DNA of 64,000 nucleotides from a virus. Position numbers and translations under genes: made by a program. Below, piece after piece: positions 35,562-44,914 of this stretch (its first letter is position 1; each line of letters starts with the position of its first letter). The DNA is taken from positions 23,089-87,088 of IMG/VR virus record IMGVR_UViG_3300047557_002430; one strand, given 5' to 3'. The notes under the pieces were generated by a model. The model ran no database searches and was not told the origin of the DNA. It saw only the letters and a list, made by a program, of their open reading frames with translations.

Positions 35562-35930
35562 ATGGCGCTCCGTAAACCTCTAGTCATTATCAGCGGGCTT
35601 CAGTCGGAGCTTCCCCCTGGTGATTTCGTAGAGGGCGTTCAGCTCACCTTAGTTTCAAACCCCAGCGGCCTTTATTTAGACGGTACAAACCTAGGGTTTG
35701 ATGGTGTTGCTCAGCGCACTGCAAGTAGTGCTTTAGCTAGCGGTAACGCGGCTTTAACGATTCTTGCAAGTGGAGTCCCATTCGTTGCTCCTAATGCAGT
35801 AACAACTGTTAGTATTAGTGGGAAACAGGTTACTACTGAGAAAATAGCTGATGGTGCTATAACTTCCGGTCTTTTAGCTCCGTCGCTCGCTATTTTAGTT
35901 AACCCGAACAACTTCATCGATCTCCTTTGA
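35562..35930 (+). CDS. Small fibre-like protein
   Basis: RKPLV..SG..SEL..GD; LASGNAAL; VTTEKIADGAIT repeat. Confidence 0.65.
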   Translation: MALRKPLVIISGLQSELPPGDFVEGVQLTLVSNPSGLYLDGTNLGFDGVAQRTASSALASGNAALTILASGVPFVAPNAVTTVSISGKQVTTEKIADGAITSGLLAPSLAILVNPNNFIDLL

Positions 35931-35933
35931 GCT

Positions 35934-37520
35934 ATGTCTTACCAGACTGATCTTGTAGATAAGCTCAACAACGTTAACGTCAACACTGCGAGCACAGACG
36001 ACTTATATGTTTTAACTAAGGCTTTTTTTGAGAGCCCGATTGGTCTTGAGTATATTCCTAAAACTTTTGTAAAAGCTCTTAAATCGCGGCTTCTAGACGC
36101 GGGTACTACAGCGGCTCGCGATATCGGTCTTCTTCAAAAGTCGATTAACTATTTGAATTTTGCCGCGTTCCGCGTGGCAAGTACCAACACATTTACACCT
36201 AGTGTAAACGCTATTATTTCACCTGCTCTTGATGATACCGATTTAGATTACCCTATTTTTACTGCAGTTTATGCACCCCGTCTTCCTGACGGGATGCTTA
36301 TGAAAGCTGTTAATATCCCTTCTAATACAAATACTACTATTGGTAACACCATTCGTTTAGCACCCACATATCCCGGTGCTACTTTATTTAGCACATCTAA
36401 TCGACAGAATCGCTTTCAAAGTGAAATCCCCTTTCAGTTGGGCGATAAGTTAACTATTTCGTTTAATGGTTCTCGGGCTTCTATTGGAGCTACAAATAAT
36501 CTTCCTGACAATAATTCTGGGTATGCTGCTCAGAACGGACCTAATCCAACAACTTCAGATAACTTTTTCACAGTTCTATCTCGTTCCTCGGCGCCTAATT
36601 CTTTTGATACGTCTCTTGGTTATTCAAAAGACTGGATTGTTGTACAAGACAACTCCAAAGTTGCTACAACAAATGTGACTTGTTTTGCTTATGTGCTTCC
36701 TGTATATAACTTTTTAAAAGATAATGCAGCTTACTTCTCTAAATTTGGGATCCCTAAAGTTTTCCGCGTACGGATGTGGGGAGCTGGAGGAGGTGGCGGT
36801 GGTGGAACCGCATCCTACGGTGGCGTCCCTGGCGGCGGCGGCGCTTATACAGAAGCCTATGTTACATACGGGGATATAGTTAAAAATCCTTGGGTTTGTG
36901 CTGGGGCTGGTGGGTGCCCTGCTGACTACTACACAAGCCCTAATGATTGCGGTGGAGACGGACAAGCATCTCGTTTTGCCGGGATTGTAGCAAATGGAGG
37001 GTTTGGAGGAAAAAGTTATAACATCGGTGGTTATGGCGGCGCTGCTCAACCTATAGGAGGGCAGATTTTATTTTCTGCCTCTGGCGGTTATTGTACGTCT
37101 GCTGGGCGCGGCACTGATTCATATAAAGGTGGGTCTTCTGCGGGCGGTCCTTGGGGCCCAGGATTTGCTGGCGCGACCGCCAACAGCGCCTGTGGAGGTG
37201 GGGGCATCGCAGGCTCGGGTTTCGGAGTGGCTGGCGGAAGCGGAACAGTAAATATCAGCGGATGGTTCACTCCAATTCTTAGTGGTTGGGTAGGCGCACA
37301 GAACATTAGTGGAATAAATCAAGGTGGTGGTGCCGGAGGCTCAGCAATCGCAGGATATTATTCTGGAGGATTTTTCGCAGGAGGCGCTGCTGGCGGCTTC
37401 ACCACAGCGTTTAGCGCAGAAGGATACGGAACTTTCGGAGGCGGCGGCGCAGGCTCGGTGCCAGGCTACGGCGTGGGCGCCTTCGGTGGTAACGGCGTAG
37501 TTATTATTGAGTGGTTTTAA
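35934..37520 (+). CDS. Fibre/receptor-binding protein with glycine-rich C-terminal domain
   Basis: VRMWGAGGGGG ... GGNGVVIIEW. Confidence 0.7.
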   Translation: MSYQTDLVDKLNNVNVNTASTDDLYVLTKAFFESPIGLEYIPKTFVKALKSRLLDAGTTAARDIGLLQKSINYLNFAAFRVASTNTFTPSVNAIISPALDDTDLDYPIFTAVYAPRLPDGMLMKAVNIPSNTNTTIGNTIRLAPTYPGATLFSTSNRQNRFQSEIPFQLGDKLTISFNGSRASIGATNNLPDNNSGYAAQNGPNPTTSDNFFTVLSRSSAPNSFDTSLGYSKDWIVVQDNSKVATTNVTCFAYVLPVYNFLKDNAAYFSKFGIPKVFRVRMWGAGGGGGGGTASYGGVPGGGGAYTEAYVTYGDIVKNPWVCAGAGGCPADYYTSPNDCGGDGQASRFAGIVANGGFGGKSYNIGGYGGAAQPIGGQILFSASGGYCTSAGRGTDSYKGGSSAGGPWGPGFAGATANSACGGGGIAGSGFGVAGGSGTVNISGWFTPILSGWVGAQNISGINQGGGAGGSAIAGYYSGGFFAGGAAGGFTTAFSAEGYGTFGGGGAGSVPGYGVGAFGGNGVVIIEWF

Positions 37521-37523
37521 ATC

Positions 37524-38204
37524 ATGTCTTTATCTATTCGAGACACACAAGCTTTTACTAACGTTCCTAATAGTAGGAATATCGGCGAATTAGCTTCGCT
37601 TTATGAGACCGAATCTTTAATTCAAGATCAGTTAATTCCTAATGGTGCTCAGGGTATTACTAATCTCTCGTCTCTTGTAATACCTTCTACTGATGTTTTA
37701 TTAAACGCTATTCAGCCCGGTTCTTCTGGCGCAACTACGATCCGTTTTCCGTATAACAGAGATTTGTATGAAGTTTATAAAATTCTTTTTTTAGGGTGTT
37801 TTCAGACTGGCGGCACAGGTGCACTTAATCTAAAGTTTAATGATGATACGGGGTCTAATTACAACCACACATATGCTTTTTGGTCTGGTACAACAAGTAG
37901 TGCTACACAAGCAAGTGCAGCCACTACCAATCCTGTTCTTATAAATTCTCAAGCTTCTAGTATTCCTTTTAATGCTTTTCTAACTATATATACCCCTAAT
38001 TATCAGACTATTGCTGCGCAGGATTACCCTGTCTGGTCCTACCAGCACTTTTCTACTGTGCAAGGTTTTGCTTCTGGTTATATGACAGCTACAGAACCTG
38101 AATATATTCAGATAACTACAACGTATGCGTTTACTCGCGGCCAGATTTTATGCTACGCAACTCCCCAAGTTGCTACCACTAACGTTCCCCCAGCTAACGG
38201 TTGA
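37524..38204 (+). CDS. Putative fibre-associated protein
   Basis: Y..YKI.F ... L.FN.DTGSNY beta domain common in phage fibres. Confidence 0.55.
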   Translation: MSLSIRDTQAFTNVPNSRNIGELASLYETESLIQDQLIPNGAQGITNLSSLVIPSTDVLLNAIQPGSSGATTIRFPYNRDLYEVYKILFLGCFQTGGTGALNLKFNDDTGSNYNHTYAFWSGTTSSATQASAATTNPVLINSQASSIPFNAFLTIYTPNYQTIAAQDYPVWSYQHFSTVQGFASGYMTATEPEYIQITTTYAFTRGQILCYATPQVATTNVPPANG

Positions 38205-38206
38205 CT

Positions 38207-38551
38207 ATGACTGGCAAAATAATCGACGGTATCTTTTACGAGTACACTCCCGAAGAGCAGGCGGAACACGACGCCAAGGTAGTTGCTCAGCTTGAGTACG
38301 AAAAAGATCTTGCGTGGTACTACCTGCGCTCAAAGAGAAATTATCTTTTAACGGCGTCTGATTGGGTTGTTACACGCTCTGTAGAGTTTGGCACTCCCAT
38401 TCCGGACGACGTTATTTCATTCCGCGAAGCTCTTCGTACTATAACCGTTGGGCTTACTGATCCTTCTCAGGCTGTTTGGCCGCCCATACCTGAGATTGTC
38501 GCTAAGTCTTTATTAGACCAGCCTGCTTATCCTTCGGATCCCGTTCTTTAA
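38207..38551 (+). CDS. Tail fibre assembly chaperone
   Basis: LRSKRNYLL..SDW ... FREALR.I ... WP. Confidence 0.8.
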   Translation: MTGKIIDGIFYEYTPEEQAEHDAKVVAQLEYEKDLAWYYLRSKRNYLLTASDWVVTRSVEFGTPIPDDVISFREALRTITVGLTDPSQAVWPPIPEIVAKSLLDQPAYPSDPVL

Positions 38552-38557
38552 AGTCTA

Positions 38558-39430
38558 TTAGATACAGAGTTTATTATAAAGATTCGTAGCTTCTTGTTTC
38601 CATATAAGTTTCCACTTAGCCCAGAATAACTTGCATTCTTCTTGCAGTTGTTTTGTTTCAGTTTCGCTCATATTTTTTACTCTTTCAAAGCATTCCTGCC
38701 ACGATTCCTCTAACACAAAAGGCAACGTGCTTTCTCCATAGAACACGCCGTGCCAATACGAAGGATAAATTTTAAACTGATTTGAGTATTTCACGGTAAT
38801 AGGGATACACCCTGCTTCTAGTGCTTCATATAACCTAAAAGAGTCCATGCTGTCCTGCCCTGCGGGACACAGAGCGAACACACTGTCCCTCATTAACTGG
38901 GAGTATTTCTGAGTCTCTAATCCGTCTGCGGCTCCGAATCCGCTGCACTCTTTATGTATATAGGGCTTTAATGGTTTGAACAAATCGAGCAGTTGTTTGC
39001 GCTCACCGTGGGGAGTACCCATAAAACACCACACGTGATCTCTTACAGATTTAGTAGGCTCCTCGCAAAATCCTCTCTTATAGCCCAACCCAAAAACAGT
39101 TACTTTTGGGTGCTTTAACTGCATTGGATTTAAGTAGTTTCTTAGAAGTCTTACACAATTAGGATCGTGCAGCCATTCACAGGGATCCCTGAGGTTTTCA
39201 TCACTAAGGAGAACAATTGCGTATTTCTTTCCTTCTGCCCTCAGCTCATCTAAAACAAACCTATAAGGGACTGCATGATTGCAGATAATGATGCTGTCCG
39301 TAATATTTACTGCTATGCCTTCGACTACAGGTTTTATAGGTGTCCCACAATCTTTAAATAGGTGTGTAAGCCAGTCAAGCTCAAATAGAGTTTTATCCTG
39401 AGTTAGCCATTGTATCTCAGGGGTTTTCAT
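38558..39430 (-). CDS. Exostosin-like glycosyltransferase (GT47)
   Basis: WCFMG....R, Y..LM..SVFALCPAG...DSFRLYEALEAGCIP, LP. Confidence 0.85.
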   Translation of the reverse strand: MKTPEIQWLTQDKTLFELDWLTHLFKDCGTPIKPVVEGIAVNITDSIIICNHAVPYRFVLDELRAEGKKYAIVLLSDENLRDPCEWLHDPNCVRLLRNYLNPMQLKHPKVTVFGLGYKRGFCEEPTKSVRDHVWCFMGTPHGERKQLLDLFKPLKPYIHKECSGFGAADGLETQKYSQLMRDSVFALCPAGQDSMDSFRLYEALEAGCIPITVKYSNQFKIYPSYWHGVFYGESTLPFVLEESWQECFERVKNMSETETKQLQEECKLFWAKWKLIWKQEATNLYNKLCI

Positions 39431-39474
39431 GTAACTCCAGTCTCTTCGGGCGCTATCGTAGCAGCGAATGTCAT

Positions 39475-40281
39475 TTGCGGTTTCACAAAGTTTTGGATAA
39501 GTTAAATTTTCTTACTGGTTTACCTCGTTCTGGTAACACACTGATTGCTTCCATATTAAACCAAAATCCTGCTATTTACGCTGGCCCACACAGTCCTCTA
39601 GTTGAACTTCTTTGGCGGGCTCAAACTTTATTAACTGGCGAGGAACTCAAAATGTTTCCTCATACCGCTCCTTTAATACACACGCTTAAGTCCATACCTA
39701 AAGCGTATTACAGCCATTGTTCGGCTGATTTAATCCTTGATCGAGGCACGTGGGGATGCCCAGAGAACTTAACGATGATTACAGAGTATATAACCCCAAC
39801 GCCAAAATTTCTTGTTCTAGTTCGTCCTATTGAAGAAGTTATTGTTTCGTTTTTACGGTTGGCTCAGAGGAACCCCGATTCTCCTCTTGCTTCTATTTCA
39901 TCAGTCACGGAGCAGTTTGAATATATCGTTAATAACCTAACGATGTTTAGGAAAGGATTACTAGCAGTTTTATCTTTACATGCGAACCGTGATCGTTACC
40001 AATCTCTGTTTATTGATTACAACAACTTTGTTTCAGATCCAGTTAAAGAATTAGAAAGAATATATGCGTTCTTCGAACTTCCTTTATTTACTCATTCACT
40101 TACAAATATACAACAGCTAACAATTGACTCTATTACTTATGATGATTCTGGGTTTGAATTTACTGATTTACATACGCTCAGGGAGCATAATATTTCTAAA
40201 ACAGAATGTGTTGTAGAGGACTATTTACCTTTTGAAATCATTCAAGAGTGTCGAGACTTTAATGTCTGGCTTAAGGAATAA
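39475..40281 (+). CDS. Sulfotransferase family protein
   Basis: PAPS-binding GLPRSGNTL..SILNQNP; 3'PB VR...E...S; Y...V.DP...L..IY.F. Confidence 0.85.
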   Translation: MRFHKVLDKLNFLTGLPRSGNTLIASILNQNPAIYAGPHSPLVELLWRAQTLLTGEELKMFPHTAPLIHTLKSIPKAYYSHCSADLILDRGTWGCPENLTMITEYITPTPKFLVLVRPIEEVIVSFLRLAQRNPDSPLASISSVTEQFEYIVNNLTMFRKGLLAVLSLHANRDRYQSLFIDYNNFVSDPVKELERIYAFFELPLFTHSLTNIQQLTIDSITYDDSGFEFTDLHTLREHNISKTECVVEDYLPFEIIQECRDFNVWLKE

Positions 40282-40332
40282 AGTGTGTTGTTCAGCGCTT
40301 TAACAACTTTATAATTAACTGTCGCTGCGGTA

Positions 40333-40704
40333 TTGGCGTTGGATTGTCGGCATTACGTTGCAGAGCTGTACAACGCTGATTCGGCAAAACTAAACGACGA
40401 GAGTTTAATCCGAGAGTTTCTTATTTGCGCTGCTGAGCAGGCTAACTCTTCGTTGATTGACGTAAAAACTCATTCATTTTCACCTCAGGGTATAACTGGG
40501 TTTGCTCTGCTGGCCGAGTCTCATATTTCTATTCACACTTGGCCCGAGCATAACTTTGCAGCCGTGGATGCCTTTACGTGCGGAGAACACACAGATCCTG
40601 AAAAAGCCTGTTTATACTTAGCTTTAATGCTGGATGCTAAAGGACACTCAGTTACATACGTTGAGCGTATGATACCTGAATTCTTAAGTAAATCTAATGC
40701 TTAA
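40333..40704 (+). CDS. speD: S-adenosylmethionine decarboxylase proenzyme
   Basis: H.FSPQG.TG..LLAESHISIHTWPE ... AAVD.FTCG (E-SH cleavage site). Confidence 0.93.
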   Translation: MALDCRHYVAELYNADSAKLNDESLIREFLICAAEQANSSLIDVKTHSFSPQGITGFALLAESHISIHTWPEHNFAAVDAFTCGEHTDPEKACLYLALMLDAKGHSVTYVERMIPEFLSKSNA

Positions 40705-40743
40705 TATAAACCGCTAAAATAGATACATATTCGCGCACTCTTT

Positions 40744-41136
40744 GTGAGCGAGTCCGATCTTGTTTTTAGTCTTCAGTGTTTACAACGTCGGACTGCTCGC
40801 AAAAGATTTAGAAAAGATATTTTAGATGCTTGGAATAACGTATGTGCTTATTGCGGTTCTGATCGCGCACATACTTTAGATCATATTGTAGCGCGGGCAA
40901 AAGGCGGTCCTACCAAACGAGGTAATTTGTTAGCTGCTTGCCCAACATGCAATTTAGCTAAATCAGATGCTGATTGGTTTGTTTGGTATCGTCAACAAAA
41001 CTTTTGGACGTTAGATAAAGAAGAAGCTATTTGGACTTGGTTAAGTTATAACCATGATTGTAGTATTGCAGCAAGAGAATACGAAGAAGCTTGCCGGGAA
41101 CCTTTAAAGCTCCCGGCATCATTTGAGGACGAATGA
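40744..41136 (+). CDS. HNH endonuclease
   Basis: CAYCG...TLDHI...KGG....NL...CPTCN..K. Confidence 0.85.
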   Translation: MSESDLVFSLQCLQRRTARKRFRKDILDAWNNVCAYCGSDRAHTLDHIVARAKGGPTKRGNLLAACPTCNLAKSDADWFVWYRQQNFWTLDKEEAIWTWLSYNHDCSIAAREYEEACREPLKLPASFEDE

Positions 41137-41313
41137 TTACTTCTTCGCAAGCCGGGTAACGATACCGGCCAGGATTTCGATTGCGCGGTAAATCTTGCTC
41201 ACCGCTTCATCGTCCTTGGGCGTAGGCGTGAGGTTTACGATTGCCAACGCCAGAGCATGACTGGCCAGTAGAACAACGAGCAATTGCTGCGCGTGGTCTA
41301 AAAAAGAAGCCAT
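41137..41313 (-). CDS. Small membrane protein, holin-like (58 aa)
   Basis: Hydrophobic helix then IVNLTPTPKDD; close to the endolysin; below ORF-track cutoff. Confidence 0.6.
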   Translation of the reverse strand: MASFLDHAQQLLVVLLASHALALAIVNLTPTPKDDEAVSKIYRAIEILAGIVTRLAKK

Positions 41314-41401
41314 GGTAATTCCTTCTCACATATAGATTGTACGTCGGTGAGTGTCCTCAAGAGTTAAAGCTCAATAAATGTTTTTAATACCTTTGTTTGT
41401 C

Positions 41402-41671
41402 TTACTCTCTTTCGTTTAATTTACTCAGTATTAATTGATCTAATTTATCGTTTATGTGATTAAGGCGATCTTTAATTTCAGATAAACCAAAGTTCAAGTC
41501 AGTTTTCGACGCATAAATATGTGGGAAGTCTGAGATAATTTTTTCTACATCATCCAGACGCTTTTTTACCGAGCTAAATCTGTCATTTAAAACCGTTTGT
41601 CTTTGTTGATGGGACCATGTACCCAGACCAACCATGGTCGCTATGACAGCCACAATTGCTTCTGCGCCCAC
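41402..41671 (-). CDS. Membrane-anchored coiled-coil protein (holin/spanin-like)
   Basis: N-terminal TM helix then heptad repeats ending I.DKLD. Confidence 0.55.
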   Translation of the reverse strand: MGAEAIVAVIATMVGLGTWSHQQRQTVLNDRFSSVKKRLDDVEKIISDFPHIYASKTDLNFGLSEIKDRLNHINDKLDQLILSKLNERE

Positions 41672-41766
41672 GAATCAGTCCTTTAACTAAACTAATTTTA
41701 GATAATTAGCCCTGACGACTTCGTGAGGTTTTCTGCTTAAAATATTAATATCGAGTGGATTACGTC

Positions 41767-42204
41767 GTGGCCCAGTACACAAAGAATCTTGAACTTGACG
41801 GCGTTATCAATAGCGGTATTACTGATCCTACGCGGCGAACAGAATCGACACACTTTGATCAGCGTCGTACCTTAGATGCCAGCGGCGTGGTTGTTGTAAC
41901 CTCTGCTAATCGGGAATATGCCGCTGATGGTATTTATGGTATCTCTGATTATTATCAGTTAACCTTTAATGCCACAGGCATTCTTCGTGTCGATATTCGT
42001 AATCAAAATTCCTGCGGCAACGTCGTAATCCTCAACGCTGCTGGGCAAGAAGTTTTAAATGCAGCTCCTTCCAAATTCAGCTCGCGTGCTACCGCAACTA
42101 CATCTACAACCATTAATACTTCCGGCACTTACTTCACTTACATTCAATTAAAAGGCCGCAGCGGAGCTGAGTACCGCGTGGGCATCAACGTTACGAGTGC
42201 GTGA
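41767..42204 (+). CDS. PPC-like beta-sandwich protein
   Basis: Probable GTG start (MAQYTK); DYYQ.T...G.L.V ... L.A.G ... GTY..I ... Y.V. Confidence 0.5.
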   Translation: MAQYTKNLELDGVINSGITDPTRRTESTHFDQRRTLDASGVVVVTSANREYAADGIYGISDYYQLTFNATGILRVDIRNQNSCGNVVILNAAGQEVLNAAPSKFSSRATATTSTTINTSGTYFTYIQLKGRSGAEYRVGINVTSA

Positions 42205-43445
42205 TGAACGTCTCCCAACGCGGAGTTGATCTAATAAAAACATTTGAGGGGTTAGAACTAACCTCGTATCAGTGTCAGGCTGGGGTCTGGACCATCGGCT
42301 ATGGCTCGACTGGTCCGGACATCGGTCCACGGATGCGTATTACTGAAGCGCAGGCAGAAAACCTGTTGAGAAAGGATATTGCCGCGTTTGAAACAGTCGT
42401 TAGTGATTCTCTTTCTGTTCGAGTTAATCAAAACGAATTTGACGCTTTAGTTAGTTTTGCTTTTAACGTCGGTCCCACAGCTTTTAGGAATTCGACGTTA
42501 CGCAAACTTTTAAATGACGGAGCTGATCGGACTGTTGTAGCGGCTGAGTTTTTACGTTGGGTAAAAGTCGGTCAGGGAAAGGTGAGTGAAGGATTAAAAA
42601 ACAGGCGGCAGAAGGAAAGGGAGCTATTTTTAACAAAGCCTCTGAACGCTGCTTTGGCCCACTCGATCGTCGCTCAGCGAGATACGTGGCTTAAGCGTAA
42701 GCCCGAGCAAGCAGCCTCTCTTAAACCGGAGGAAAAGCTGTATGTTCCCAAGGGCTCGGCTCACGTCTGGGAAACCATCAGCATGGTTCCTGGTGAGACG
42801 GACTACAAAGTTGTGTTGGAGGCTCAGCCTGACTCAGCGTGGTGGTTTTACCCCAGTCATTGGAAGATCATCAACGATCCAAAGCCTGAACCCGCCACAG
42901 ATTTTGTCCATCCACAGTCTTTAGTTTTAGACGTTCCTTATTACTCGCAGCTCGATAATGCTCGCGATCCGCAGCGCACTTGTTTCTCAAGTTCCTGCGC
43001 AATGTTGCTCAAATATCTGAAACCGTCCAGTATAAAATCTGACGATGAGTACATTAATACTGTCTTCCGGTATGGAGATACGACATCCGCTACGGCTCAG
43101 TTATCAGCCTTAGAAAGTTACGGGGTTAAAGCTGAGTTCCTCCAGTCTGGCGGCTGGTCTGATATCGATTCGTTGCTTACTCGCGGTATTCCCGTCCCGA
43201 TTGGCATCCTTCATAAAGGTCCTAATACGAGTCCGACTGGCGGAGGCCATTGGATTATTGTTATAGGACGTTCGAAGGATAACAAGAGCTACATTGTTAA
43301 TGATCCGTACGGTGATCTTAACTTAGTCCAGGGAGGATACATTAGCTCTAACGGAAAGGGTTTATCCTATTCAAAGGCCAACTTGGCCCCTCGGTGGATG
43401 GTCGAGGGAGCTGGGTCTGGTTGGTTTATTCGAGCTTCTAAATGA
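42201..43445 (+). CDS. Endolysin: GH24 lysozyme + peptidase C39-like domain
   Basis: LIK.FEG.L..Y.C.AGVWTIGYG.T, QNEFDALVSF.FN.G; VPYYSQ.DN..C.SSSCAM ... GGHW ... VNDPYG. Confidence 0.9.
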   Translation: MMNVSQRGVDLIKTFEGLELTSYQCQAGVWTIGYGSTGPDIGPRMRITEAQAENLLRKDIAAFETVVSDSLSVRVNQNEFDALVSFAFNVGPTAFRNSTLRKLLNDGADRTVVAAEFLRWVKVGQGKVSEGLKNRRQKERELFLTKPLNAALAHSIVAQRDTWLKRKPEQAASLKPEEKLYVPKGSAHVWETISMVPGETDYKVVLEAQPDSAWWFYPSHWKIINDPKPEPATDFVHPQSLVLDVPYYSQLDNARDPQRTCFSSSCAMLLKYLKPSSIKSDDEYINTVFRYGDTTSATAQLSALESYGVKAEFLQSGGWSDIDSLLTRGIPVPIGILHKGPNTSPTGGGHWIIVIGRSKDNKSYIVNDPYGDLNLVQGGYISSNGKGLSYSKANLAPRWMVEGAGSGWFIRASK

Positions 43446-43615
43446 TTGTCGATTGGGATAATATCGCTCGCTGTGCCCAACAACGTGCTGACGCTAAAAC
43501 GTTTAACTGGGACGAAGAGCTGAATCCCTTGGGGGAGCTAGAGACTCGCGAAATGGCTCGGATGATGCGTTACAGACAGCGACTTCTGCAGGCATTACAA
43601 AAAGAGGGCGTTTAA
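43442..43615 (+). CDS. Small hypothetical protein (57 aa)
   Basis: MIVDWDNIARCAQQ...; ATGA-coupled to endolysin. Confidence 0.5.
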   Translation: MIVDWDNIARCAQQRADAKTFNWDEELNPLGELETREMARMMRYRQRLLQALQKEGV

Positions 43616-43631
43616 AATAATCCTTCAGACC

Positions 43632-43877
43632 TTGGCTCCCGTGGCATTCGATCTCGAAAAGATTCTGACAACTTGGGATTCTGCTTGGGAGCAAGAAAAA
43701 GCAGAGTTTCTGGACGAGCTTTATGAGTTTTATTCCCCCAGTGACCACTGTTATACAGGGCTTTTTCTCCGGTATCAAAAAGATCTGGTCGAATTTGTTA
43801 GGGACTTTAATCGGCTGGATCCCGAAGACGTGCGATTTGGTAAGCCATGGTTATTCCCTGTACCTACAATTAACTAA
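43632..43877 (+). CDS. Hypothetical protein
   Basis: FLDELY ... H.YTGL motif of small cyanophage proteins. Confidence 0.55.
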   Translation: MAPVAFDLEKILTTWDSAWEQEKAEFLDELYEFYSPSDHCYTGLFLRYQKDLVEFVRDFNRLDPEDVRFGKPWLFPVPTIN

Positions 43878-43891
43878 GAAAGATTAACCCC

Positions 43892-44116
43892 GTGGCCGAT
43901 AGAGATTACGATAAAGAATATAAAGATTATCACGGTAAACCAGAACAAATAAAGCGGCGGGCTGCTCGTAATAAAGCTCGCCGTCATTTAGAACGTGAGG
44001 GTCGTGTACACAAAGGTGATGGGAAGGAAGTGGATCACAAAGATCACAATCCCTTAAATAACAGTCCTGCTAACATACGTGTAAGGGACCGTTCGGCTAA
44101 CAGGAGAGATCAGTAA
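43892..44116 (+). CDS. Small basic HNH-like protein
   Basis: RDY.KEY ... RA.RN.ARR ... GDGK.VDH ... N...N.RV ... NR. Confidence 0.8.
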   Translation: MADRDYDKEYKDYHGKPEQIKRRAARNKARRHLEREGRVHKGDGKEVDHKDHNPLNNSPANIRVRDRSANRRDQ

Positions 44117-44610
44117 TGGCTATTTTGCCGGGAAGCGCTCCGGGTAAACAGCCCGAAAGCACTCCCACGCTTAAGTTTCCTCCCGGCATTGCAGGGCTCA
44201 ATCAGGAGCCTTATCTGGGCCTTCGGCGCGTCTTCACGACGGACAGCGCAACCCGCGTGGCAGCTCAGTTAGAGCACGATCGAGGCGCTTATGTTCGCCC
44301 TCCTGTCGGCCCTGTCGAGTACTCCGAAGGGAATATCAAAAAAAGTACCGAGTTAACCGGGGTTGCTGGATACAACCAGCGGGCTATTCCGATTAAGGAT
44401 AGTCCAGATGATATGAGTCAAGAGCAATATATGATGTCTATGCTGCAAAATTCTCCTGCTCAGCGAGCCCGCCTTCAGGCTTCTTTGGTGGGCCAGCGTC
44501 AGAACTTCTTAAATACTCGTCTTGCTCAGACTGAGTATCCTTTAAATACGCACAATATGGTCGATAATCTTATGAGCCTCGCTAAAGCTAAGCTGCAATC
44601 CAAAAAATGA
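44116..44610 (+). CDS. Hypothetical protein
   Basis: 164 aa; TAATG-coupled. Confidence 0.6.
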   Translation: MAILPGSAPGKQPESTPTLKFPPGIAGLNQEPYLGLRRVFTTDSATRVAAQLEHDRGAYVRPPVGPVEYSEGNIKKSTELTGVAGYNQRAIPIKDSPDDMSQEQYMMSMLQNSPAQRARLQASLVGQRQNFLNTRLAQTEYPLNTHNMVDNLMSLAKAKLQSKK

Positions 44611-44738
44611 GAGACACTGATTTCCCGGTTCGCATGGCAGGCCAGCGCCTTGGTCTGGATGCTTATAAAATGGTTGGTATAACTCCGACAGAGATTACTC
44701 GTCGGTTGCGTTATCAGGAAGCTTTCCCCCGGACTTGA
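44607..44738 (+). CDS. Small protein (43 aa) with RMAG motif
   Basis: MRDTDFPVRMAGQRLGLD...; ATGA-coupled; below ORF-track cutoff. Confidence 0.6.
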   Translation: MRDTDFPVRMAGQRLGLDAYKMVGITPTEITRRLRYQEAFPRT

Positions 44739-44740
44739 TC

Positions 44741-44914
44741 ATGCGTTTTGCTGGCCCCGCAATGTTTACCGATCCCGCTTCGATTCCGAAAGTTTCGGAT
44801 CGTAAAGCTGGTGAAGTCGCGAAGAAGAATCCTGCCCTGGTAGAGCGGATTACTAACGCTATTATGATTGGGCCGGAAAGCTTGAAGCCACATGGAGGCC
44901 AGCCCTCTGCATAA
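44741..44914 (+). CDS. Small protein (57 aa) starting MRFAG
   Basis: MRFAGPAMFTDP...; 2 nt after previous stop, overlaps thyX start. Confidence 0.55.
   Translation: MRFAGPAMFTDPASIPKVSDRKAGEVAKKNPALVERITNAIMIGPESLKPHGGQPSA

Noticed and set aside
33771-37520. GGC/GGT repeat tracts as CRISPR or DGR repeats
   Set aside because: They are polyglycine codons; no repeat-spacer periodicity, no reverse transcriptase and no TR/VR pair seen
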